Source: a virus. From it: 64,000 nt of DNA. Where the stretch lies: the IMG/VR virus record IMGVR_UViG_3300034356_000609, positions 1 through 64,000 of that record; one strand, given 5' to 3'. The notes under the pieces are model-generated. The model made no database searches, was not told the DNA's origin, and worked only from the letters and a program-made list of their open reading frames with translations. Below, in pieces: positions 18,583 through 28,844 of this stretch (its first letter is position 1; the number at the start of each line of letters is the position of its first letter). Made by a program: the position numbers and the translations under genes.

Positions 18583-18836
18583 ATAGACTAGAGCATGAAG
18601 TAGAAAGGTTGGAATTAGCCAACCTTCTACTAAAAGACAAAAAGATTGTAGAAATCCGCTACTCAACCGAAGAAGAGATAAAGGAGATGGGTTGGCACGA
18701 AGCTTTCATTATATTTAGAACGGAAGACGGTGTAAGTTTTTACCCTAGCAGAGATTTTGAAGGTAATGAGGCAGGTGTTATCTTTCTACAAGAGCCAGTT
18801 TCCCTCAAAGGTCCACTACTATTTCACGAATTCTAA
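18579..18836 (+). CDS. hypothetical protein
   Basis: PSRD.EGN..G motif; ATGA overlap. Confidence 0.7.
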   Translation: MNRLEHEVERLELANLLLKDKKIVEIRYSTEEEIKEMGWHEAFIIFRTEDGVSFYPSRDFEGNEAGVIFLQEPVSLKGPLLFHEF

Positions 18837-19474
18837 TGGCAAATCATTGTTATAACTACGCTACATTTCATGGAGACGCAGCAGGTATAGTCAGACTGCA
18901 CAAAAGATTACTTAAAATCTTATCTGAACAGGAGAGAGGTTACGGAGGTATTCACTTTGACATAAGCAACTACCATACTGTTTTATTTGGTAAACGTAAC
19001 AACAAAGTAGATGCCTATGACAGCTTTGGTTCTAAATGGTTTGAATGTGAGTTTGAACTTAATTTCTTTGATGAGAAAGTTTGCAGTGTAACTCTTATGG
19101 GAGATAGTGCCTGGAGTCCTATGACACCTCTATTCATAAAGATTTGTAAGAAATACGACTTACAATGTAATGGGAATTACGAGGAGTCAGGTATGGACTT
19201 TGCAGGAGAGTTCTCCATAGATGCTGAAGGCACTTGTGAGGTTGAAGAAACTACTTACCAAGAGTTCCAACAGAAGCACAATCCCGAATCTTATTGGGAT
19301 ACTGTAATTACTGATATCCAAGATGGTTACTGTGAGACCTTTGAAGCTGTACTAGAAAGATTTAACCCACATATCTGGGAACTTAATAAATCTGAGATAG
19401 CAGAACTTAGAACTTACTTTAACGATTACAAGGATTCTCTAGGAGAAATTAACAATGACCAAGAAACCATCTGA
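18836..19474 (+). CDS. YubB/DUF1281-like ferredoxin-fold protein
   Basis: MANHCYN, GSKW, SAWSP, YEESGMDFAG. Confidence 0.7.
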   Translation: MANHCYNYATFHGDAAGIVRLHKRLLKILSEQERGYGGIHFDISNYHTVLFGKRNNKVDAYDSFGSKWFECEFELNFFDEKVCSVTLMGDSAWSPMTPLFIKICKKYDLQCNGNYEESGMDFAGEFSIDAEGTCEVEETTYQEFQQKHNPESYWDTVITDIQDGYCETFEAVLERFNPHIWELNKSEIAELRTYFNDYKDSLGEINNDQETI

Positions 19475-19769
19475 AGTACAGATACTTAAAGATGTAAGAA
19501 GGGCCTACGTACTTGCGAAGGCCCTTAACATCCAGTATCAATACATACGAGAGTATGTAAATGTAGACATGTACAAAACTATAAGTACAGCCAAAGGCAC
19601 TAACTCTTACTTTATCAAACAGATAGACCTAGCTTTTGGTCGTAAGAATGTTGAGAATCAGTTGGACTACGATGAACAGATGGCTTTTAGAATCCTTGAA
19701 GAACTAGAAGAACTAGAAAGGTCAGAGAAGTTAGAATTAATTGAACGTAAAAAGAAGAAAGATGATTAA
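19455..19769 (+). CDS. hypothetical protein
   Basis: ORF in operon. Confidence 0.7.
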   Translation: MTKKPSEVQILKDVRRAYVLAKALNIQYQYIREYVNVDMYKTISTAKGTNSYFIKQIDLAFGRKNVENQLDYDEQMAFRILEELEELERSEKLELIERKKKKDD

Positions 19770-20199
19770 CAGAGTTTATTTACCCGCACAACTGGTAAAG
19801 AAGATTGATGGTACGAGTTACCTTAAAATAGATAGAGACCTACTACAAGAATACTATAGTGCTGTAATGAACAATGCCAACGAGGTAGATGTAGAAGTAT
19901 GTATTACTCGAATAGACAGTAAGAAAAGTTTACAACAACTTAGGTATTTTTATAGTGTAGTTGTTCCTATTATTAAGGCGGGATTAGAAGATTTGCAGGG
20001 AGAAAGTTTAACTAAAGAAGAAGTTATTATGTTCCTTAAAGATAAATTCTTCTACGAAGATGTCCCAACAAACAACACATACGTAAGACTACCTATGTCT
20101 TTGTCTAAAGCAACTAAGGAAGAAACAAGTAAGTTTATTTCTAATGTAATTAATTTTGGAAATGACATATTAGGAGTACGTTTCCCAGAATCTAACTAA
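19741..20199 (+). CDS. NinB/Orf-like recombination protein (true start probably 19762)
   Basis: KSLQQLRYFY, SLSKATKEETSKFI, LGVRFP. Confidence 0.65.
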   Translation: MNVKRRKMINRVYLPAQLVKKIDGTSYLKIDRDLLQEYYSAVMNNANEVDVEVCITRIDSKKSLQQLRYFYSVVVPIIKAGLEDLQGESLTKEEVIMFLKDKFFYEDVPTNNTYVRLPMSLSKATKEETSKFISNVINFGNDILGVRFPESN

Positions 20200-20206
20200 A
20201 TTTATT

Positions 20207-20593
20207 ATGAGTTTTGAAAAGAAAATAAAAAAAGAAACCCCCCAAAAAGATACTGAAAGATACACCGACGAGATGCAAGCCTTACGATACAATCAAGGTA
20301 AGTTAGAATGGTCATTGGTTGACTTTGACTCATTAGAAGGTCTAGTTAGAGTTTTAGAGTACGGGAAAGACAAATATGCACGGGATAACTGGAAGCTAGG
20401 TATGCCCGTAACTCAAGTTACCGAGAGTTTAATGAGGCATTTGTTTGCCTTTGCTAAAGGTGAGGATGTAGACCCTGAGTCAGGCTGTCGTCACATCTCA
20501 CACGTATTATGCAATGCAATGTTCTTAGAATACATCTTAAGAGAAAAACAACACTATGATGATAGGAAACCGAGTAACCCTAACGACTTATAA
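20207..20593 (+). CDS. dATP/dGTP diphosphohydrolase domain protein (DUF5664)
   Basis: GKLEWSL, VLEYGKDKYARDNW, RHL, GEDVDPESG..H..H..CN. Confidence 0.85.
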   Translation: MSFEKKIKKETPQKDTERYTDEMQALRYNQGKLEWSLVDFDSLEGLVRVLEYGKDKYARDNWKLGMPVTQVTESLMRHLFAFAKGEDVDPESGCRHISHVLCNAMFLEYILREKQHYDDRKPSNPNDL

Positions 20594-20780
20594 TTTCTTC
20601 CGTAAGAAAAAAGGACAGAGAGATACTGTTTTTCTTTTTTTCTATCTCCTTCCACACTGTTCTTTGTCTAAAACAACATCCCAAGTAAAAGTAAACTTAC
20701 ACTTAGGTTGGTTGTTTTGGTCATTGACAATAACCATCCTAAAAGATTATGATACTAAACGAAGAATACCTAGAAAGTAG
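20556..20780 (+). CDS. hypothetical hydrophobic protein
   Basis: ORF filling the gap between two genes. Confidence 0.5.
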   Translation: MMIGNRVTLTTYNFFRKKKGQRDTVFLFFYLLPHCSLSKTTSQVKVNLHLGWLFWSLTITILKDYDTKRRIPRK

Positions 20781-21732
20781 TGCAGTTAGTCAAAGCAGAC
20801 TAAAAAAGCTACTATTACACCCACAAATGTATCTGAATGCTTATAGCAATTCAGAACTAGACGAACCCAAAGAAACTTCAGTTATAGGAGATGCAGTAGA
20901 CTTAATCTTAACTCAAGGCGATGACGTGTTCTATAATAGTTTCTATATTACAGATGCAGAAAGACCTACGGCACAAATGGGAGATTTTGTTTGGCATCTT
21001 TACATTAACCGTAACGACTCTAATGCAGAACAAATAGCATATGATACTGTAGGCTTCAAGAGAGACAAAATAGAGAAGGTTCGTGAAAGGTTTGAGAAGG
21101 AAGGTAGAATGTACTATGAAGCGTTGTTAGAGTCTGAAGGTAAAAGCACTATCAGCACACAACAAATGGCTAAAATTAATGCAATCGTAGACAGTTTAAG
21201 AACAAATCCTTTTACTGCAGAGTGGATTGTAGGTAATCAGGACATAGAACTACATAAACAAGTTGTGCTGAACTTTGAGTATCTTGGTGTACCATGCAAA
21301 GGTTTAGTAGATTTGATTGCCGTAGATCGCAAAAGATGCATCATATATCCTATTGACATAAAGACAAGTTCATGTTCTACAGGGACATGGGCACATACTA
21401 TGTTTTGGAAGTTCCGTTATGACATCCAAGCTGCCTTTTATACTTACGGAATTAAAAACGGTGGTCTATTAGATAAGTTTGGCTGTGATAAAGTACATCC
21501 TTTTAGGTTTATCGTAGAGAACCAAGACTTTCCTGGTAATCCATTAATCTATCAGATAGCTGACACAGTAGCACAAATAGGCTATACAGGTGGTACTATT
21601 GACGGCAGAGTTTATGAGGGCTTTCATCAAGCAGTAGAAAGATACAAATGGCACACTGAAAATGATTTGTGGCAGTATCCTATGCATGATTATGTAAACA
21701 ACGGTGTAAGACAGATAGGTAATGCATTTTAA
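20749..21732 (+). CDS. PD-(D/E)xK exonuclease (ExoVIII/DUF3799-like)
   Basis: SQSRLK, KGLVDLI, IDIKT, YDIQAAFY. Confidence 0.85.
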   Translation: MILNEEYLESSAVSQSRLKKLLLHPQMYLNAYSNSELDEPKETSVIGDAVDLILTQGDDVFYNSFYITDAERPTAQMGDFVWHLYINRNDSNAEQIAYDTVGFKRDKIEKVRERFEKEGRMYYEALLESEGKSTISTQQMAKINAIVDSLRTNPFTAEWIVGNQDIELHKQVVLNFEYLGVPCKGLVDLIAVDRKRCIIYPIDIKTSSCSTGTWAHTMFWKFRYDIQAAFYTYGIKNGGLLDKFGCDKVHPFRFIVENQDFPGNPLIYQIADTVAQIGYTGGTIDGRVYEGFHQAVERYKWHTENDLWQYPMHDYVNNGVRQIGNAF

Positions 21733-22234
21733 TCCTGTAAACAACTCAGAAGGGTCAGGTAGACTTAATCACATGGTCATTAACAAACAAACCTTAACTA
21801 GTCAGTATTTGAGTGCACTTGTGTTTAATAATCAGGCATTACCTACACTTCGTAGCTTTGGTTTGATAAACGTTTATCTCGATGATTACGGACATAGCAA
21901 ACGACACTCAGGGGATTGTTTGTTTTTCCTATTCAGTAATAAGAATAAACCCGACTATGATAGTTTCGAGAGAAAGATTGCAGACTTTGCATCGTTTCAT
22001 GATTATTATGAAGTACCTCAACCAGAAGATCTACAAAGGATGTATATATTTAAAGTACATCCTGCATACAGAAGAGACTTATTTAGCTTTAAGTATAATC
22101 GTTTAGATGAACTTAGTGAGCAGTTCTTTCGTGTGGTAGACCCTCAGATTAATGTCAGCGAGTTAAAGGTTGAACTAGATAAAGAGATTTATCGATTCAA
22201 CAACTACCTAGAAATAATAAAGGAGGGTTTATAG
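21722..22234 (+). CDS. hypothetical protein
   Basis: 170-aa ORF ending in a terminator. Confidence 0.75.
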   Translation: MHFNPVNNSEGSGRLNHMVINKQTLTSQYLSALVFNNQALPTLRSFGLINVYLDDYGHSKRHSGDCLFFLFSNKNKPDYDSFERKIADFASFHDYYEVPQPEDLQRMYIFKVHPAYRRDLFSFKYNRLDELSEQFFRVVDPQINVSELKVELDKEIYRFNNYLEIIKEGL

Positions 22235-22250
22235 CCCTCCTTTACTTTTA
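22218..22250. terminator. bidirectional terminator between convergent genes
   Basis: taaaggaggg-tttatag-ccctccttta. Confidence 0.8.
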
Positions 22251-22268
22251 ACTAAACTTAAACTACAG

Positions 22269-22580
22269 TCACAAAATCTCGTCAGAAATCTCCGACAAGT
22301 TACTTGGCACTGATATCTTTGACTCCTGTGGAATGTTCTCTACTTCTACCACTTCTTCAATAGGAGTTGCACTTAACTTACCTTCATCTGCAAGTCGTTC
22401 CATGATGTTATTTTTTGCTTGTGTAGCCAATGCAAACGTCTCCATAAGAGTGTTCAATGGTACTTGGCTAATGGCAACAGTTTGTAAATCTACTACCTGC
22501 AATAAGGCTGCAAGTTCAGTTCCTTTAAGTGTAATTACCTCGTCAGGTTTCCAGTACACGGTTGATTGTTGGCTTTCCAT
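22269..22580 (-). CDS. acidic hypothetical protein
   Basis: ORF with its own promoter and terminator. Confidence 0.75.
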   Translation of the reverse strand: MESQQSTVYWKPDEVITLKGTELAALLQVVDLQTVAISQVPLNTLMETFALATQAKNNIMERLADEGKLSATPIEEVVEVENIPQESKISVPSNLSEISDEIL

Positions 22581-22599
22581 AATTTTTATTATTATGTTT

Positions 22600-22630
22600 C
22601 AAATATACTTCTAAGTTAATAACTTTGCAA
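22600..22630. promoter_or_regulatory. overlapping divergent Bacteroidota promoters
   Basis: Minus-strand TATATTTG at 22600-22607 (TTG at N20); plus-strand TAACTTTG at 22620-22627. Confidence 0.7.
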
Positions 22631-22636
22631 ATTAAG

Positions 22637-23062
22637 ATGTCAAAACTAAGCCACCAAAACAAGAAAAATAAGCTCTACATGGACATAGCTCACAGGGTAG
22701 CTAAAGAGTCCTATTGTAAACGTTTAGAGGTAGGTGCTGTTATAGTCAAAGATGGGAATATTATATCATTCGGATATAACGGAACCCCTAGCGGCATGCC
22801 TAACAAATGTGAAGAGAACGATGTAACTTTGAGCTACATTCTTCACGCTGAGTCTAACGCTATTACAAAGGCTTGTAAGAGCACCGTAAGTACATTGGGA
22901 GCAAGTATGTATATTACACACTCTTGTTGTCTTGAGTGTGCTAGATTAATCATACAAAGCGGTATCAAAGAAGTGTATTATGCAGAAGAATACAGATCAC
23001 CCGCAGGACTTAACCTACTTAAGAATTGTAAAATAAAACTAACCAAATTAACCAAACTATAA
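22637..23062 (+). CDS. dCMP deaminase
   Basis: VGAVI, GYNG.PSG, HAESNAI, CCLEC; ATG at 22637 lies just downstream of the promoter. Confidence 0.92.
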   Translation: MSKLSHQNKKNKLYMDIAHRVAKESYCKRLEVGAVIVKDGNIISFGYNGTPSGMPNKCEENDVTLSYILHAESNAITKACKSTVSTLGASMYITHSCCLECARLIIQSGIKEVYYAEEYRSPAGLNLLKNCKIKLTKLTKL

Positions 23063-23064
23063 AC

Positions 23065-23349
23065 ATGAGCACATTTAAATTAAGAGGACACAGAGTATTA
23101 CTTACTCGTCCTGAGAGAAACGACCTTGGCTTACAACTGAGCAAGGAAATGCAAGAACAACTAATTATAGAAGAGCTTCAGAATATGAAGTCTTTACCTG
23201 TATTTGCAGTTGGAGATGAAGTAACAGACATTTACCCTGGAGACTTGGTACTTATTCCTACTTCTACTTTGATGCATGCAGAAGTAATTAAAGTAGACGA
23301 CAAAGATAGAATCATGGTAAGAGCCATGGATGTTGCAATCATTTGGTAA
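23065..23349 (+). CDS. groES: GroES/Cpn10-like co-chaperonin
   Basis: LRGHRVLL, VFAVG, PGDLVL, IMVRAMDV. Confidence 0.7.
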   Translation: MSTFKLRGHRVLLTRPERNDLGLQLSKEMQEQLIIEELQNMKSLPVFAVGDEVTDIYPGDLVLIPTSTLMHAEVIKVDDKDRIMVRAMDVAIIW

Positions 23350-23355
23350 AAAGAC

Positions 23356-23691
23356 ATGAATAAACTATTTTATTACTCAGAAGTAGAGAAGAGTTCTCAC
23401 GAAGATGAGATGGACATTACCCGCAAGAACGGATACTCTTTTAACATTGACATGGTTATGTTGACTTATCCTGATAAAGATGGATTAGCTATCGTCTTAT
23501 CTAGTAATGCAGATAAGATGAACCCTATCGATTATCAATATAAGATTAATCCAGAGACAAAGCAGAAGGAGCCAGTAAAGATTACAAAGTTTGAGGTGAC
23601 TAGTGAGCCCATCGTGCTTGTCTTAAAAGACCAAAGTGATATCCAAAGATTCTTAAAAGCTACGGGAGGTCCCGATAAGCTAGAAAGTTAA
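23356..23691 (+). CDS. hypothetical protein
   Basis: ORF before a terminator. Confidence 0.7.
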   Translation: MNKLFYYSEVEKSSHEDEMDITRKNGYSFNIDMVMLTYPDKDGLAIVLSSNADKMNPIDYQYKINPETKQKEPVKITKFEVTSEPIVLVLKDQSDIQRFLKATGGPDKLES

Positions 23692-23711
23692 ACCATTTAA
23701 AATTAAATAGT

Positions 23712-23740
23712 AAAGGGGGCTTCGGTCCCCTTTTCTTTTA
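23712..23740 (+). terminator. intrinsic terminator with cUUCGg loop
   Basis: aaagggggc-ttcg-gtcccctttt followed by a T run. Confidence 0.85.
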
Positions 23741-23775
23741 CTTATAGCTATGGTTTACTTTTTTATAGGTTAACT

Positions 23776-23783
23776 TATATTTG
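23776..23783 (+). promoter_or_regulatory. Bacteroidota -7 element TATATTTG
   Basis: 8 nt upstream of the tail-fibre ATG. Confidence 0.65.
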
Positions 23784-23791
23784 TACTAGTT

Positions 23792-26700
23792 ATGCCTAGT
23801 AATCCACTGTTACCTCAAGAATTGTTGCTTTACATACAAGCATCAGCACAGAATGGTATTGTCCCACCAAATCTACCTTCTGGATATGTATATGCAACTC
23901 CACCAACAAGTGACGGGCATTTATACTTAAGAAGGTTTGATGCTGCTTATATTCAGACAGGAATCATTGACCCTAATCGTTTGGGTACAGGATCTACAGG
24001 AGCAGGTAATCTTTACTTAGCTGACGATGGTACTTGGAAAGCTATTGGAGGTGGAGGTGGCGGTGGAGCGGACATGCTTAAAGCCACGTATGACGTAGAT
24101 AATGACGGAGTTGTGGACTCAGCAGAAAGAACTGAGATTATAGTAAGAAACTCTACTGGTTCTACTCTAACTAAAGGTACAATTGTTTATTTAAGTGGAG
24201 CAACAGGAAACAGACCTAATGCCTTAAGAGCCCAAGCACATACTGAGGCTACTTCTTCAAAGACCATAGGTATGGTTGAAGCAGATATTTCAAATAACTC
24301 TGACGGATATGTTGCAACAAACGGAACTCTTCATGATTTAGATACTTCGGCTTTTACGGCTGGAGATGCTGTTTGGTTGTCTGCTACCACCGCTGGGGCA
24401 TTTACAAGCACAATTCCAGCAGAACCTAATCATGCAGTATTTATCGGATATATTGCTCGTTCTCACCCTACGCAAGGTAGGATAGTTCTTCATATTCAAA
24501 ATGGCTACGAGTTAAATGAGTTGCACGGAGTTCTTGTAACTTCTGAGGCTAACAATGACTTATTGGTTTATGAATCTGCAACTACTCTTTGGAAGAACAA
24601 AAGCATATCTACCATCTTCGGAGGTACTCCTTTAGTCTCAGTACCTACCCTAGCACAAGTAACCACAGCAGGTAACACCACCACCAATGCGATTACTGTA
24701 GGGGGATTGACAGTTGCTACCAATCTTATTTATACTGATACTGTAAATGGTAGAGTGGGTATTGGAACTACTAGTCCAACTTATAAATTAGAGGCTTCTT
24801 CAGCAGGATATACTGCTTTTGGAATAATGTCAGGCGCAAACAATAACGCTGAGATACATTTTCAGAATACAGGATACAGTGTTCCAAGATGGACAATACG
24901 TACATCAGGAACTCCAAATGGTTCATCTGGTAACCTAACATTTCAAAGACTGGGAAGTACTTTTCCGCTTACAATTACAAGTGGGGACAATGTGTTAATA
25001 GGATTTGGTACCGATGCAGGATATAAGTTAGATGTTAATGGGACTGGTAGATACCAAGGTGCGTTGACCGTAAATACATCTAATGCTGTAACGGCAACAT
25101 TCACTAATTTAGGCGATTTTTCTAATAATGTACCCTATGAGGTATTGAGGTTACAATCTTATAGAACTGCAGCAAATCCTGCAAACGGATATGGCATTGC
25201 ACAGACCTTTTACTCTTCGGTTGCCCAAGCGGTAAATAGTAACGGTGAGGTCGCAAGGTTTGAAATTGCTCACAACATGGGCAGTCCTTCTCAAGTAGCT
25301 TCAAGAACATTTGCTCTAAAGGTAAAAGGAGTATTTTCAGGAGATGCTAACTATACTGCATTTATAACATCTGTAAGTAATAATAATGCTACTTACACAT
25401 TTACTATACCTACTGGAGTTTTAACAACTACAGGCTCAATTACTGCGGCCTCACTACTTGCACAAGGAGTATACTTCAACAACACTTTAGTAGCAGCAGC
25501 AAACAATGACGTATTAGTAGGACTAGACATCAATCCTACCTTTACTAATGGTGCGTTTACGGGGGTAACGAACTTGGGTGTAAGATTAACATCAGCAGCG
25601 GGAAACAATGTTTTATTTAGAACAGGAGTTAATAACTCTGGTACTCACAGTATACTATTTTCAAATGCGGGTGCCACAACCAATTCATTTATAAGGGCTG
25701 TATCTTCGGGTACTTTCTCAAATATGAACTTGGTACTTGGCCAAGCATTTTTTGATGGAAGCACTGTAAACACTACGAACAACATTGTTATTCAAAACAA
25801 TAGTTCTACAGTATTTGAGCCACGTACCGCTATAAGCTACGCATATTTAACAGGCGATGCTTACGTAGTAACTGCTGTAAACAACACTAATGCAGTACTA
25901 GGATTTTCTAACGGAAGTAATGCGACTAGTACAAGAGGAGCAGCTATTTTTGCTATAGCTGGTGGATCTTTTGCATCAACGGCAAGATTAGACTTTGCCA
26001 TATCAAATGTTAACGCTCCCGTAGTAACTACTGCGGATGTAGCAATGTCCTTGTTTAATAGCAAGAACTTTGCAATTGGAACCACTACAGACGCAGGGTA
26101 CAAACTAGATGTAAATGGTAGTGTTCGAGCAGTAAATGATATTACAACCAACGGTACTTTTGTTGCAACATCTACAAGTTTAAGTGGATCTGTTAAATAC
26201 TTTAATCTAGTCAGAAGTACTGATGGTAATAATCCATTCTATGTTACCTCTGATAAAGTAAATATGTACGGGGTACTTTTCCAACTAAGTAGCCAAGGAG
26301 GGGGGACTATATCTAGTGCAAATAGTGTAGGGAATCCAACTACATATATCACAATGCGTGGTCCTGTTCACTATAATCCGACAAGTGGAGTAGCAGGTAC
26401 ATTTTCTGTTACAGGACAATCTAGTATGGCTAGTGGGACTGCTACATTTAATACATTAACTGTAGCTCCTACTATAAATAACTCAGGAACTTACTCGGGT
26501 ATTTTTAGAGGATTATACTACAACCCAACTCTCACATCTGTCACAGGAACTACTCACAGAGCAATAGAGACAACTAGTGGTGATGTAATATTCAATGGTG
26601 GTAATGTAGGTATAGGACTAACTCCAACAAACAAACTAGACATTGCATATGCAACTGGTGTAACTAATCGTTTCATATCTTTTGGAGTAAGGTCAGGACT

Positions 26701-28195
26701 AACAGCAGACCATGCAGAAATACTATTTACAAATGTAAGTACTGGACATATAAGTACAACAACTGGTAGTTTACAATTAAACCCATTTGGAAACAGTATA
26801 AACACAAACTTCGGTTTGTCTATATTACAACTAACAGCTAGTAGTAATTACGGATTATATTCTCCTGCAGCAAGAGGATTACAGGCTAGTACAAACGCTG
26901 CAATGGGCTTTCTTTCAAATAACCTAGATGTAAACACAGATAGTTTTGTATTCTCTGGACCAACAGGAGGTAGACATTTCTTTAAAGTAGTACAGAACAA
27001 CGTTCCTTATTTTACTATAATGCCTACTGGTAATGTATTAATCAATACTACTACTGATGCTGGGTATAAATTGGACGTGAATGGTACAGCAAGAGTACAA
27101 ACAAACCTAAATGTAGGAGATACAGCATTTACGGCAACAACTCCAAATTATATTTCTTTAGGTGGAACATATGCAAATAGCGGATATGGAGCTAAATTAA
27201 AACTTTTAGATTCTGGGTCAACGCAATGGGGACTTGGTATTTCTACTGCTGGAATAAATTATTATGGATCTTTTCATAATTTTTTTGCAGGAACAACAAC
27301 AGCGGCAATAGTAATATCTCCAAGTGCAGATACGGCATCAACATCTCCTGCTTACATTGCGATAGGACAAAGTTATAGTAGTGTTGCTGGGGCGAATCCA
27401 AAGTTAAGATTATTTGGAACAACATACGGACTAGGAGTTTCCGCTGGTCAAGTAGATTATATTGCTCCAAGTCATGTTTTTTATGCAAACGGAACAGAGG
27501 CGATGAGAATTACCTCGGCTGGATATATAGGTGTAGGAACAACAACACCAACAGAAAAACTAGAGGTTAATGGAAACATTAAAGCCACTTCCTTTATTAA
27601 AAGTGGAGGAACTTCTTCTCAGTTCTTAAAAGCAGATGGTAGTGTAGACTCTACGGTTTACTATGCCGCATCTAACCCTAGTGGTTATACAACAAATGTA
27701 GGAACAGTAACCTCAGTAGCAACAGGTACAGGACTGACTGGAGGAACAATTACTGGTAGTGGAACTATATCTCTAGCTAACACCGCTGTAAGTGCTGGTT
27801 CGTACTCAAACGCAAACATCACAGTAGACGCACAGGGAAGAATCACCGCTGCTTCTAATGGAAGTGGAGGTGGAGGTTCTACAAGTACGATAAGTATAGG
27901 TGCTACTTCTAGTAGTAATGTGTACAGTTCTGGATCAGTTGTTGGACATATGAAGTTTGAGTATTGGTCAACTGATAACCCAGCCTCAGGTAAACAAGAG
28001 ACAGGTGTTTTGTATGTTACTTACTACCCAGGTCCTATAGGCGGATTTAACTATTGGCTAGATGTTCAAACAACAACCCCCGACAGTACTGCTCCTTTGA
28101 GTTTTACTATTACAGGAGGTCCCACCTTGGATATTAACATAACTAACCCGAATCCATACGGTGTGGACATTACTTATAAAATTACTACTTTTTAA
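23792..28195 (+). CDS. long modular tail fibre / receptor-binding protein
   Basis: G/T/S/N-rich; 3x TDAGYKLDVNG, VGIGTT repeats, FLKADGS, ITVDAQGRITAAS. Confidence 0.85.
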   Translation: MPSNPLLPQELLLYIQASAQNGIVPPNLPSGYVYATPPTSDGHLYLRRFDAAYIQTGIIDPNRLGTGSTGAGNLYLADDGTWKAIGGGGGGGADMLKATYDVDNDGVVDSAERTEIIVRNSTGSTLTKGTIVYLSGATGNRPNALRAQAHTEATSSKTIGMVEADISNNSDGYVATNGTLHDLDTSAFTAGDAVWLSATTAGAFTSTIPAEPNHAVFIGYIARSHPTQGRIVLHIQNGYELNELHGVLVTSEANNDLLVYESATTLWKNKSISTIFGGTPLVSVPTLAQVTTAGNTTTNAITVGGLTVATNLIYTDTVNGRVGIGTTSPTYKLEASSAGYTAFGIMSGANNNAEIHFQNTGYSVPRWTIRTSGTPNGSSGNLTFQRLGSTFPLTITSGDNVLIGFGTDAGYKLDVNGTGRYQGALTVNTSNAVTATFTNLGDFSNNVPYEVLRLQSYRTAANPANGYGIAQTFYSSVAQAVNSNGEVARFEIAHNMGSPSQVASRTFALKVKGVFSGDANYTAFITSVSNNNATYTFTIPTGVLTTTGSITAASLLAQGVYFNNTLVAAANNDVLVGLDINPTFTNGAFTGVTNLGVRLTSAAGNNVLFRTGVNNSGTHSILFSNAGATTNSFIRAVSSGTFSNMNLVLGQAFFDGSTVNTTNNIVIQNNSSTVFEPRTAISYAYLTGDAYVVTAVNNTNAVLGFSNGSNATSTRGAAIFAIAGGSFASTARLDFAISNVNAPVVTTADVAMSLFNSKNFAIGTTTDAGYKLDVNGSVRAVNDITTNGTFVATSTSLSGSVKYFNLVRSTDGNNPFYVTSDKVNMYGVLFQLSSQGGGTISSANSVGNPTTYITMRGPVHYNPTSGVAGTFSVTGQSSMASGTATFNTLTVAPTINNSGTYSGIFRGLYYNPTLTSVTGTTHRAIETTSGDVIFNGGNVGIGLTPTNKLDIAYATGVTNRFISFGVRSGLTADHAEILFTNVSTGHISTTTGSLQLNPFGNSINTNFGLSILQLTASSNYGLYSPAARGLQASTNAAMGFLSNNLDVNTDSFVFSGPTGGRHFFKVVQNNVPYFTIMPTGNVLINTTTDAGYKLDVNGTARVQTNLNVGDTAFTATTPNYISLGGTYANSGYGAKLKLLDSGSTQWGLGISTAGINYYGSFHNFFAGTTTAAIVISPSADTASTSPAYIAIGQSYSSVAGANPKLRLFGTTYGLGVSAGQVDYIAPSHVFYANGTEAMRITSAGYIGVGTTTPTEKLEVNGNIKATSFIKSGGTSSQFLKADGSVDSTVYYAASNPSGYTTNVGTVTSVATGTGLTGGTITGSGTISLANTAVSAGSYSNANITVDAQGRITAASNGSGGGGSTSTISIGATSSSNVYSSGSVVGHMKFEYWSTDNPASGKQETGVLYVTYYPGPIGGFNYWLDVQTTTPDSTAPLSFTITGGPTLDINITNPNPYGVDITYKITTF

Positions 28196-28205
28196 TTTTA
28201 AGCAT

Positions 28206-28213
28206 TATATTTG
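28206..28213 (+). promoter_or_regulatory. Bacteroidota -7 element TATATTTG, 4 nt before ATG
   Basis: Matches TAnnTTTG. Confidence 0.55.
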
Positions 28214-28217
28214 AAGT

Positions 28218-28496
28218 ATGATTAAGATTCAAGATGTCGTTGTACCAACCAAAGGAACTGCAAAGTACTTCAATATTATTGCGTTAAACTTTCCAATGAA
28301 TCCACCTTCTGTTACTTTTTACTGGCAGATATTCTCTGAAGTAGAAGATGAAGAAGAACAAGTTAAAGCTGGTAGTTCATTGATGGATGGTAACTTAACT
28401 ATGAATGAAGAAGAGTATAACCTATGGGCTGCTGACGATAGCTACGTAGTGAATTGGGCATTAGCACAACTTAACTTTGTAAAATCAATTAACTAA
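28218..28496 (+). CDS. tail-fibre-associated small protein (possible chaperone)
   Basis: Directly downstream of the fibre; GNLTM..EEY..W..DD. Confidence 0.65.
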   Translation: MIKIQDVVVPTKGTAKYFNIIALNFPMNPPSVTFYWQIFSEVEDEEEQVKAGSSLMDGNLTMNEEEYNLWAADDSYVVNWALAQLNFVKSIN

Positions 28497-28515
28497 AATT
28501 AACTAAAATTAACTA
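28487..28515 (+). repeat. tandem 10-mer (aattaactaa) x ~3
   Basis: Read directly from the sequence. Confidence 0.8.
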
Positions 28516-28520
28516 TTAAT

Positions 28521-28793
28521 ATGTCTATCAAAACAATCAACCTAAACAATCCTTTAACCGACTTAGATGGTAAGGAGATTCCAGATTCCAACATTGGAAA
28601 GATCGTAGCTCAAATGCTTGTAACTGCAACTAAAGGAGATGCTCTCAAGTTTATGGCTTGGGCTCTTAAACTACATGCTGGTGAAAGTATTGAAATTGAT
28701 CCTAGTGACTTGGAAACTCTCAAGAGTTTCATAAAAGAGCATGAACAGTTGACTATTCTTTCTAAAGCACAAATTCTGCAGTGCATTGATTAA
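28521..28793 (+). CDS. tail-fibre-associated small protein
   Basis: ORF; LTDLDGK. Confidence 0.7.
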   Translation: MSIKTINLNNPLTDLDGKEIPDSNIGKIVAQMLVTATKGDALKFMAWALKLHAGESIEIDPSDLETLKSFIKEHEQLTILSKAQILQCID

Positions 28794-28844
28794 ATTTATC
28801 TAAGAGCCATAGTTAGTTTAGTATCTTCCTACGGTCACTGTTCT

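Noticed and set aside
20207-20593. 2-aminoadenine or deazaguanine DNA modification suggested by DUF5664
   Set aside because: No purZ, datZ, dpdA or que genes in the window, and DUF5664 alone is common; the rest of the genome is not visible
12985-23062. Uracil-substituted genome suggested by dCMP deaminase
   Set aside because: An intact UDG argues for normal thymine DNA, and the deaminase fits dTTP supply
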